A DNA stretch of 64,000 nucleotides from Pecten maximus (taxonomy: Eukaryota): NCBI RefSeq assembly GCF_902652985.1, contig NC_047028.1:24366001-24430000 (forward strand). Reading direction: 5' to 3'. This document shows positions 52,768-64,000 of the stretch, one piece after another; within the stretch, counting starts at the first letter, position 1; the number at the start of each line of letters is the position of its first letter. A program made the position numbers and the translations under genes. A model generated the notes under the pieces. It did no database searches, was not told the DNA's origin, and saw nothing but the letters and a program-made list of their open reading frames with translations.

Positions 52768-53914
52768 GTTTGGGATGTACTAATTATAGACAGTATCACG
52801 GGATAAAATGTCCGGAAAGTTGAATGATAAACTTTACCATGACCGGAAATGACATTTAAATATTGTGGAAGTAAAGAATAAAATTCATAAAAAAAAAAAT
52901 ACATTTAGATATTGCACTGTATAAATGATCAGAATAGTTAAGACATAGTATTATATATATATAATGTAAGGGGTATTTCAATAATTTAATTGTACTTGTT
53001 GATGGAGACCACTTTAAAAAAAAAGTTTGGCAACATATTTCCCCCAGTAACTATTTTACCTACTGTATGTAGCGGTTCCGTTGTCACCACCCTCACTCTC
53101 ATTTTTAGGATATGTGACTCCACCCGGGTTTGACCTAGATTAGTATTGGTTGTTATATATACGACAAATGTGTGTTTATCACATATATATTTTTTATTAA
53201 CCATCAAGCGTGTACCGTCTTTTTAGTTTAAACAATATTTTATTCATTAATCAAAATAATCAATACATATTCAAATATTTTTTATGGGATGGGAAAACAA
53301 GCTTAATTAGTGCTGTCCAACTGTCACTGGAAAAACGAAAAAAAAAACCCGAAAAAGCAAAAACAAAAACAAATAAAAACAATCCACTATCATCATTGTT
53401 AAGAATACCAACCATTATATTTTACAGTACATCTGAAATTCCTTTCCATACCGTCTTTTTATGTTAGAATATTGTTCCGTAATTGTGTCCGTCCATCACC
53501 AGAAGTTGTTTTTATGTTTAGTTGAAAAAGGAGGCAGCACGTGTTCGACATTACACAGCCAAGCGATCCCCAACACCAAATGGTCTCGATACAAATCTGT
53601 ATAAGTGTGCTCTCGTTCCTTTGCCCTATCTCTTATTTTGAACAGAGGACGCTTATCACTCAGGAGCATATGGTCTTATTCTCCTGGTACTTTCTCAAGG
53701 GTTTCAATGCAAATCAAGATTTTTTTGTGTTCGTACTTCCCCTCGACTTTTACTCAGAAATTAGTGTCGATATTCCCCCTTGTTGCAAAATATAGCGCCC
53801 GACAATTCCAACTGTCACTGGAAAAACGAAGAAAAAAAAGGCAAAATCAAAAACAAAACAAATAAAAAAATCCACTATCATCATTGTTTAGAATACCACC
53901 CATTATCCTACATC

Positions 53915-56641
53915 AATAAATAACTAATAAATAACCAAATCAAACATAGAATTGGTAAATAAAATGCGTTTTATATCTTTTATTATCTTTCTTGTCGGTA
54001 ATTCCATCCTCTTGTCGGTAGATCTATTTTTCTTGTCGGCTCAATTTTCCCTGTCACCACCATTGTATCAGACACCACAAAACAATCAAAAATAGAAAAA
54101 AAAAAAAAAAAAAAAGAAAAAAAAGCATATCAAACATTGTATTAATAAATAAATTAAAAAAGCAACTAGAATCTACTTTGTATTTCATTTTCTATCTTAT
54201 CGGCTTCTTGTCGTTAATTCAAGCCTCTTGTCGGTAGATCTATTCTTCTTGTCGGCTCAATATTACCTGTCACAACCATTATTTCAGACCACAAAATATT
54301 CCTAAATAAAAAAAATCAACAAATCTTACATTGTATTAATAAATAAAAACTATTTTATCTCTCATTTCCTTTCTTGTCGGCTTCTTGTCGGTAATTCTAG
54401 TTTCTTGTCGGCTCTTGTCGGCTCTTGTCGGTAACTAGTGAGACCCGATGTTTCTGACTAAATTTGGTTCAAATCCATTCATAACTTTATGACAAGTAGC
54501 GATTTAAAGGAATTGCCTCAATTTCCCCTATTGGGCCCCGTCCCTCAGGCCCCTTGGGGGTCAGAGTCACCATTTATGCAAAATCTGATCCCCTTCCGTC
54601 AAGGATGTTTCTGACTAAATTTGGTCAAAATCCAATAAGAACTTTTTGACTAGTAGTGATTTGAAGCAAATGTTGACGGACGGACGACGGACGTTGCACC
54701 ATGGCATAAGCTCACCGGACCTTTGGTCCAGGTGAGCTAAAAAATCTTATCAAACATCAAACAAATGCCATAATAAAATTTATTTAAATGTGAGAAAGTA
54801 TCAAAAATCATGCAATACTTCTATAGCAAGAATCGCTTTAACAGGAAATTTTGCAATAAATTATTCAAAGACATAATAATTCATAAGGTAAATAATATTT
54901 TACTAAATTTTAAAAGATGTTTAATTAATGAAAGCGGTGGCTACATATAAACTTGATGTTGCTCTACCGGAAGCACAGGGATTTGTTATGAATATCCAGC
55001 CAACTGTCCATATAAATATATTATAGATTGGAATTCTTGCGTAGTCCCTGTGTTTTTATGAGAGAGTAACACGTAAAGTTTACTTTCCCCTACTTGAAGT
55101 ACTTGCAGGTATGTATAGTCAAAAGTGACAAATGCTTTTGAGCACCAGTGAATCAGAAAATATCCTTTTCAAACACAACTATTGAAAACAGATAATGAAC
55201 ATTTGTTTTCATTTATATGCCATCGTTTTCATTACTGTATATGTACTCGAGACTCGGTCGTGATCAAGGTCCAAAACTCCTTGCCTGAAAGTTCAAGAAT
55301 TATGACGCCGGTATCACATACAAATATCAGGTTATAGATCACAACTTTTGGGTGTCATGAAACAAAAGCAACGCAATCAGACTTACCACTCCTAAGTGCA
55401 ACTGGTTTTGGTACAAACGGAATATTGTTCATCTTTAAAAAGATGTAAACAGCCCGAGAAGGCTGAGACATCAAATCGAAATAATACTTCAACGCCATGT
55501 TTGGGATGTACTAATTATAGACAGTATCACGGGATGAAATGTCCGGAAAGTTGAATGATAAACTTTACCATGACCGGAAATGACATTTAAATATTGTGGA
55601 AGTAAAGAATAAAATTCATAAAAAAAAAATACAATTAGATATTGCACTGTATAAATGATCAGAATAGTTAAGACATAGTATTATATATATATAATGTAAG
55701 GGGTATTTCAATAATTTAATTGTACTTGTTGATGGAGACCACTTTAAAAAAAAGTTTGGCAACATATTTCCCCCAGTAACTATTTTACCTACTGTATGTA
55801 GCGGTTCCGTTGTCACCACCCTCACTCTCATTTTTAGGATATGTGACTCCACCCGGGTTTGACCTAGATTAGTATTGGTTGTTATATATACGACAAATGT
55901 GTGTTTATCACATATATATTTTTTATTAACCATCAAGCGTGTACCGTCTTTTTAGTTTAAACAATATTTTATTCATTAATCAAAATAATCAATACATATT
56001 CAAATATTTTTCATGGGATGGGAAAACAAGCTTAATTAGAGCTGTCCAACTGTCACTGGAAAAACGAGAAAAAAAACGAAAAAGCAAAAACAAAAACAAA
56101 TAAAAACAATCCACTATCATCATTGTTAAGAATACCAACCATTATATTTTACAGTACATCTGAAATTCCTTTCCATACCGTCTTTTTATGTTAGAATATT
56201 GTTCCGTAATTGTGTCCGTCCATCACCAGAAGTTGTTTTTATGTTTAGTTGAAAAAGGAGGCAGCACGTGTTCGACATTACACAGCCAAGCGATCCCCAA
56301 CACCAAATGGTCTCGATACAAATCTGTATAAGTGTGCTCTCGTTCCTTTGCCCTATCTCTTATTTTGAACAGAGGACGCTTATCACTCAGGAGCATATGG
56401 TCTTATTCTCCTGGTACTTTCTCAAGGGTTTCAATGCAAATCAAGATTTTTTTGTGTTCGTACTTCCCCTCGACTTTTACTCAGAAATTAGTGTCGATAT
56501 TCCCCCTTGTTGCAAAATATAGCGCCCGACAATTCCAACTGTCACTGGAAAAACGAAGAAAAAAAAGGCAAAATCAAAAACAAAACAAATAAAAAAATCC
56601 ACTATCATCATTGTTTAGAATACCACCCATTATCCTACATC
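53915..56641. repeat. Near-identical 2.73-kb tandem duplication of 51186-53914 (Helentron 3' end, GST exon 1 and promoter)
   Basis: Offset of 2731 bp between the exon 1 copies; only scattered SNPs and homopolymer differences. Confidence 0.93.
55387..55498 (-). CDS. Third copy of GST-theta coding exon 1 (possible alternative first exon of paralogue 2)
   Basis: Identical 112-bp exon MALKYYFDLMSQPSRAV... with intact GTAAGT donor; no exon 2 of its own. Confidence 0.8.
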
Positions 56642-57125
56642 TGAAATTCCCTGATATCTCTTCAAATCACCAACTGGAAATCTTTCGTCTGCCACATCCC
56701 TCCCTCTGACCCCTTCTGTCTCTCACCACTCACTGAATCCGTCATACGCTCTTTGTTTTCTCTCCAAGACTCCAAGACCGCAACTGGCGAAGTGTATCCA
56801 ATCGGTACCGTAGTGACCTACCAATTATTTAGGCACCACAGGAGACTTTGTAATAGTTTCCAACAAACATAACAACGAATCTATCTAGAATGAGCTACAT
56901 TTCATGTGGACAAGGCGTTAAAATGGTACCTGCTACCTCCATTGCAGCATGATCGTAAGAGGCGACTAAATCTGATATATTATTTTTCGGCATAGCCGTC
57001 TAATTTTCTTTTGGCCCCGGATATGACGCGACAGGTGGCGTTCAGGTTAAGATAAAGTATGTGATTGGTCAATGTAGCGGTCAATGTAAAATGCAGATAT
57101 ACAGTTAAAAACGAAACAAAGTTAA

Positions 57126-58037
57126 AGGGACCTCACGGTAAACCAATATTTATTTTGTATTTTTTAACATATTATTGGGTATATCTTTAAAACAAATAAC
57201 CTTCTGAAGAATGACCATTCGAATTTGATGATGTATGTACATAAAAACATCAATTATTAAAATGTTATCACTCTGAATATGCAAATTTTGTGACATATAC
57301 GATAAACGCATGCGCACAATAAACTAAAACACATGGAAACAAAAATGGCTTCCAATGTGAATCGACTGGGGTTGAAAACGATAACAGCTTCCGCAATGAA
57401 GAGAATAATAGGAAAATGGGTCAAACACAATCCTAGAATTAAACTTAGGAAGCAGTACAATAGATTGTAACAGTTCAAACATGAAAACAACAGTAATACG
57501 GACGCCGCTCGTATTCTGCTCGATTGTTTGATAGTAGGTCAGGATAATCTCGGTAATATTTACACAAACTCGGTAATTTTCACACAAACTCAGTAATATT
57601 AACACAAACTCGGTAGTAGTTCCACAAGCTGTAATATTTATACAGTCTGTACCAGCACATCGCTACTGTCACTATACTATATGAACAGTGAATACACTTA
57701 TTTACACATAAATATGTGTGCCGTAATATTTACAGAACGTGTTATTTAACATTTAAACCACTGTGTATAATATCGTGATCCAACTAACCCAGAAGGAATA
57801 TAGATATCGCCTTGTAAACTATCGTGTGTTTGTGTTGCCAAGATTTCAAAACAGTCACGTAATGATCTAAAAATAATTTCCGCGCTAAATTTAGAGGGGG
57901 ATTCCCAACTAAATCGAGTGGTCAAGCTGGACATAGGGATTGACTGTGAACATTGGAACAGCACAGAAACATAACTGGAAAGGAACAAAACGCGTACATT
58001 CAGTGAAAATTGCAACGTTTTTACCGTGATGTCCCTT
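57126..58037. mobile_element. TTAA-flanked non-autonomous DNA transposon (Kolobok-like)
   Basis: ttaa|agggacctcacggtaaa ... tttaccgtgatgtccct(t)|ttaa; empty site gagttaagattgaatgc at ~61995 in the duplicated flank. Confidence 0.85.
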
Positions 58038-59134
58038 TTAAATTGAATGCAAGCTGAATAAGTGGATGCATCTATTCAAATGACACATTTGCAGTCTTAT
58101 TATCACCAAAATGATTCAAACTGATGTAATTTTGTTATCCGTGCTGAAACTGCGCATTTATTAATTACATCGTAGTTCGTTAATTTATTTCACCAGTAGT
58201 TTTACATTATAACCACCAGCATTAAAACTATGCCGTTTATCTTTTTTAAAGATATTTCTTGTTTAAATAGTATTGTCTTAATAAAACTACATGAACTTAT
58301 ATATCTGAAGTTTGTGTATATATTTGCTAGTGAACCTGGGTATAATATTTAAAGGTGTCGGTTTGGGGTGGAAATCCGCTCCTTTTACACCAGTTACTCT
58401 CACCCTGAACATTTCTGCTTTTTCGCCTGTAGTCCTATGCTATTCTAATTTTAGTGGGAGTGTATACATAATTACATATTTTTAAATCTAAACACAAATT
58501 ACTCTTTATTCCGGTATATAATGACAATTGTTTATTCTCGTAAAAAGTACAGTGCAGAGAATATGATTACAAACACACTATTAATAGTAATGCATGGTAA
58601 AACAAATTATGACTTAATTATCTCCTTTATATCAATAATAAATTTAGCCAATGAAATAAGTAACATTTAAGTGCATATTATATATATTAATTACTCAGCT
58701 AACATCCCCAAACCCCATTTTCCTTAGGGACGCAGTTCCCAAAAAAACGGTAGCTGATTAGCAGAATTGGTTGTAACAGTCCTAAAACTAGCTATCTGGT
58801 AAGATTTTTTCCTTATCTATTTTTGAAGTTGACAAATATTTCTTTTTTTCTTTTTCAATGAGATCACTATATATTAACAATTCAATATATTGTTAAGAAT
58901 ACATATTATAAACTGGTAAACCAATCAGTAACTTATCATTTGTACAATTTTGAAATCAAATGTTAAAAGAAATCGTCAATTTAGGACAAGATATAATTCA
59001 AATCAAACACATACACGTGTACACGTATACAAGATAATCAATCACCAACATATTAGCAATGTCACTTTATTATCATATCCACAGCATTTGAAGGACACTG
59101 TGCATTGTTCAACATAGGGATATATGTCTTATGT

Positions 59135-60620
59135 CTATTTATATTTGAGTATTTTCGTTCTTCTGTCCCTGTGTCCGACCAAGAGAGTACCGTCCTCGAG
59201 TAGACTGATACACCATGGTTCATGTCCTTTGGATGTATAAACAGTCCTAATACAGCGTCCAGTATTCCCAATAAGTAGTACCGACTTGGTGAGCCATTCC
59301 GCTACGAGGATATCACCAGCTCTATCAAAACAAACATCGGACGGGTAAAACTTTGATGACTGACTGGAACTTCTGTTTGATGTGGTTGTACCAAGGTCTT
59401 TACAGCGAAACTTCAGGTTTAGGTATTTATCCATCACGAGGACGTGAGGCTGTTTGTCTGGTGTCTTACCAGCGATGTAGTCATCATAAAATACATCGTC
59501 ACTATCAACAACAGCTACATCCCCGGTCAGAGAACTAGACGCCATGTGATGAGGCAGTACTGCCACCTGTCGACAAGGACCGCCCGCTCCAGCTGACACT
59601 GCCCGGCCGTCTGTAGTGTACAGTTGTATTCCCCCCTCCATCCCCACCACCACCATGTCATCACTAGTGATACACAGAGAACGTGGAGTCTTCTTAACGT
59701 TAAAGCGTGTAACGACGTCACCACCCGTCGTGATTCCCCGGATACTTCGATCATATATCACACAGAACCACACCCTACCCGTGGTCGGGGATACGGAGAT
59801 CGAACTGACTTTAACCTTACACTCGATTATCTCCTTTACACTACCTTTTAAGTCCATCCGGTACACACTTTCATCTTTCCAGTGCGATAACCATGCCTCG
59901 TCACCAGTAAGACATGTACGACATATATTGTAAGAAAACGACGTCTTAAACTCGGACAGAACCACAGGTGTCGGAAACGGTTTGTATGACTGATCTTCTC
60001 CGCCGACGAGTACCTTACCAAGCATACGTTCCAGAGGTTCGACGGATATGGTCCCTGGGTTTGAACTCCACTGTCTGCAAACGTCGAGGAGAGGGAGGGT
60101 CAATTGAGGTATTCCTGATTTCCCGCGCTAATGTAGTGACGTCAACAGTTGTACCGGATGTCAGTACCTGCTGGCATCTGTCCAGTTTGGGCTCCAGGTC
60201 ATCCCTCAGATGTTTGGTTAGAGCAGTTCTGTTTTTCTCAGAAACACTTCTATTCAGTTTCTCTAGCTCGGTACACATCTTCACTAACAACTCAATGGCA
60301 TTATCGATGGTGTCTTTCATCTGTTTCCCCTGACGTTTAATGTCACTGATAACTTTCTGATATCCTCCACCGCTCGTCTCCTGTTCACGAATATCCTCCT
60401 TGATTTTAGGAATGTCGGTTCTGGAAAGCTTGTCAACATACTGCTGTATCTCTCGTTTCTAATCCGCCACGTAATCAGTCAGTTTACCCAACTTATGACC
60501 GTAGTGACTGTCTGTAACACAGTCCATACAAATTAACTCGTCCTCACACGATTTACACACATAAATAAACCCCATTCCTTTATGGCGGGGACACCCAGGA
60601 ACTGGTGTCTGGGCCGCCAT
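59135..60620 (-). pseudogene. Intronless B-box / coiled-coil / beta-propeller (TRIM/NHL-like, no RING) gene with nonsense and frameshift lesions
   Basis: ATG 60620: MAAQTPVPGCPRHKGMGFIYVCKSCEDELICMDCVTDSHYGH (B-box type 2); in-frame TAG at 60461-60459; helical region; +1 frameshift near 60057; propeller-like repeats (PRSLCITSDDMVVV, FYPSDVCFDRAGDILVAE, PWCISLLEDGTLLVG). Confidence 0.85.
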
Positions 60621-62274
60621 GTTAACGTTGCTAAGGGTAGCTGCTGTTTGTCAATATGGCGGCGATACTTCTCAGAATTTGAGATAGTCTTCCGGGTAAA
60701 GGACAGTTATGTTCTATTTTTAGTTACAGGTGTGTATTATATAAATGGATGTATCAATGTAACTGGATCAAATAAATTTAAATAAACAGAAACGGGTGTC
60801 GTAATGTCGCCTTGGGTATACGTCGTTTTAAGTCACTACCTATATATCCCCATTTTTAATTTGTCAACAAATTTGTATGTACTATTTGTAGTTTTATATC
60901 TGAAGGTCGGTTTCCGGGACGGTACGTTCTATTTTAAGTTACAGGTTTGGATTTTAAATTTAGAATACGACAACATTACTGACAGTTAACGGTGCCTGAC
61001 TTGAATGGGTGAACTATTAAAAAGGAACCACAGACAACTGTGATGAATTGACGTAATGTCCCTAAACCTTTGTTACAGAAATATGAAAAATTCGCGTTGT
61101 GTCAGGAGGTCAGAACACAAGTTTGTATATATTGACTTGCGGAAGGGGTTCGACGCTCAGCAGGCAAAGGTTTTTCTATCAATATTATTTTTTATACCAA
61201 ACTATATACCAACAGTCAACTGTTATAATTCACGATCTCTTTCTTATTTATCTAAATGTAATTGTCGAATTTCATCACAAAAATAAAAATAAAACCTGTG
61301 TAAACTAGAAATGAATTAAATAAATCCATTAAAATATATCTAGCGGTGTTATCTCTGCTGAAAAAGCTAAAATGATAAATGAAATCCGTATTTCTGGGCC
61401 GAGAGTGTGATAGGGAGACAGGTAATTGAACTTAACATAAATCATACTGGCATCTAAAAATATGGAGGTGGAGGAAAACGAGCCGCATCCTAGTACAGGT
61501 ATGATTATTTTTATTTTGCTTCCTTTCTTATGTTTTTGAAGACTAAATGTCAAAAGTTAAAGGATTGACAGTTATGCATGTTCCCAGACTTTTGAATTAT
61601 AACTTAAATTGGAGTGTTTTGCCATAATAATTGAAATATCCAGGTGAGCGATACTTTAAAATCGCCAGCTATTAAAAAAACCTGATCCACTTTAACTCTG
61701 AAAAATATTTTTTGTTCATTATTCTACTAATACATTGATTATCGTGACAACGGTTTTGTTTAGGTTCTATATCGTCCGTATCCCGCTGGATGGTTTTATA
61801 TAAAGATTCAAATGACCAGTGCAATGCATTTTTTTATATTTGCCAAATGAACCCTGATTTTTCGGCATAGCCGTATAATTTTCTTTTGGCCCGGATATGA
61901 CGCGACAGGTGGCGTTACTGGTCAAGATAAAGTATGTGATTTGTCAATGTAGCGGTAAATGCAAAATACAGATATGCAGTTAAAAACGAAACAGAGTTAA
62001 GATTGAATGCAAGCTGATCATGAATAAGTGGATGTATCTTTTCAAATGACACATTTATAAAATTATATTCCTGATTCACGATTCAAACTGATATAATTTT
62101 GTTGTCTGTACTGAAACACATTAGTTCGTTCATTTATTCCACCAGCATTTTTATATTATAACCACCAGCATTAAAACTATGCCGTTTATCTTTTTTAAAG
62201 ATATTTCTTGTTTCTCTTCTTTCTGGTAACTTTGTTCGTCCCGATATATCCCTTGATAATGCCTCACTTTTGGC

Positions 62275-62605
62275 CTTTATTTGAACATTCGCCCCTGTGA
62301 TGAAGGCTTTTGGTTCTGTCCCCTAGCCGAGACATACCCGAGTCTAGAATAGCGCCCAGCATACTGGGACGACTGGTTCGCCCGTCGTCAGTATAATGCG
62401 ATTGGATAAGGTGTCCAGCTGGGTGACCTCGGCAGTATGCTTCAGTGAAGGTATCACTATAAGTCGGCATCAGCATATCATTTGGAAAACACGAGCATAC
62501 CGAAGTCTCCCAAAGACACATTTAACACAGGCGGACATCTTGTACACAGGAGAGAGTGTCCTTAAATGACCTTAGCTGTTGACATGACGTTAAACACTAC
62601 TAAAC
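62275..62605 (+). mobile_element. Degenerate tRNA-derived SINE (Meta/MESC-like central domain)
   Basis: ggttct..tcccctagccgagacataccc head; ctggttcgcccgtcgtcagtataatg...tgcttcagtgaaggtatcactata core; tail cttaaatgaccttagctgttgacatgacgttaaac resembling the tail of the 47436 SINE. Confidence 0.7.
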
Positions 62606-63304
62606 CCATAACAATGTTAAAATGGAACTTCATGTTGATCCACACAGGATGGCTGAATGTCCGAACATCTGAAGCACCGTTTCCGTTTGGTGCATAATAT
62701 ATTGATGACGCCATCATATTAAACTTTATTTCCGATTCCTTCTTTGAGCATTTTGACTCATCAGTAGACGCTTTGTGTACAGGGCATAATATTGGTAAGT
62801 TTATAATCTAGTTGATACGTTTATATACAATACAGGTCTATATCACAATGATACTTTTCAGAATTTAACATTATGGAGTATATTAACCGTATAATAAAGG
62901 AATGGAGCTGGAAAGAATTACATATGTACGTAAGTAACCATTGGTATAATAAATTAGTCCCTTCATTAGTGTATTTAAAAGGTAAAAGGTCGAAAATCCT
63001 CGTGTAGCATATGGAACCTTATGGAATCAAAAGCCTCTGTTGAGTTCTTGTTGAAGTATTCCTGGATCAGCCATTGCTACAGTTGTTTTTGTTACAGATG
63101 ACGTCAAGTTGTGTACATTTATACCATCAATTTTCGAGATTGAAGACGACAAAATATCAAATGTTCCACCTAAGGAAGTGACACCATTCAAGACTGTGTG
63201 TTACAAACACGAAATACAGAGAGGAGCCAACTAGCACCCGCAGACAAATCGGCGGCATATGTCAACTAATTCTCTGAGACAAGTCGGTTATCAGGGAGCC
63301 GATA

Positions 63305-63490
63305 CAGACTGATTTGTCTCAGAGTGTCAGAGGCCGATCGCATTTGTATTCTAGTGCCAGGAAGACGATGGGCCGATTTGTCCAGAAGTCCCAGGGGCTA
63401 ATGAGGACGATTTGTCTCAGAGTGCCAGTGGGCCGATGAGGACGACGATATTTGTCTCAGAGTGCCAGTAGACCGATGAGGAGGACACTA
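63305..63490. repeat. Short degenerate tandem repeat (gatttgtctcagagtgccagtgggccgatgaggac-like)
   Basis: About 5 imperfect units. Confidence 0.6.
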
Positions 63491-64000
63491 TTTGTTTTTG
63501 AGTGTCAGGCCCGGAAAGATAAACAGAAACATACATATCATACATCTTAATTTTCTGTTACCTTCGTATTACAGTACAGACCAACATTAATATACATACG
63601 AATTCCTTTAACATGTAATCATACCTATTCTGTTCAAGTATATTAAATATAACAGAGAAAATTCCGATTGCATGTGGGTACAGACAAACCATGAAGTCGA
63701 TGTAAATCATAAATTTGTATTTAGTGCTCGGTGTTATGTTCTCAAACAACAATGACAATATTTTGAGGCATGACATATAACATGCAGTTGATAATCATTG
63801 GGAAGACAGGCTATTTTATATAATAAGAGTGAGAATTCATTTTCTTCAATGACGAATTTACCCTTTCTTGATAGTAGCATTCTAGTCTCCCCATCTACAC
63901 GGCTTGCATGTCGCAGATGAATTCGATTACCACAATCAGTGACAATCATCCCAATCAATAACAATATTACCATTTTTAAAGAATCCTGAAGGTCAGCGGA

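Overview
This is AT-rich eukaryotic genomic DNA with spliceosomal GT-AG introns. The gene and repeat content suggests a marine invertebrate, probably a bivalve mollusc (inference). Recognisable genes are all on the minus strand: the first three coding exons of an AGFG1-type ArfGAP gene, an intronless inducible-type HSP70 with TATA box and HSE-like motifs that ends in EEVY rather than EEVD, two intact 4-exon theta-class GST paralogues from a tandem segmental duplication (plus a third copy of the promoter and exon 1), and an intronless B-box/coiled-coil/beta-propeller (TRIM-like) gene broken by a nonsense codon and a frameshift. The rest is large minisatellites (23, 30, 33, 40 and 42 bp units), LINE fragments, tRNA-derived SINEs, TTAA- and TA-flanked MITEs, a Helentron-type element and hairpin elements. 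Comparing the paralogous blocks gives filled and empty sites for several insertions. The best candidates for something new are: (1) a duplicated, unidentified plus-strand three-exon module whose two copies both stay in frame through reciprocal +1/-1 indels; (2) a minisatellite built from a tRNA-like SINE head; (3) a LINE flanked by a ~165 bp direct repeat; (4) the EEVY HSP70; (5) the GST paralogue with two first exons. No CRISPR, rRNA or functional tRNA is supported, and the long ORFs inside the satellites look like artefacts of unit length.
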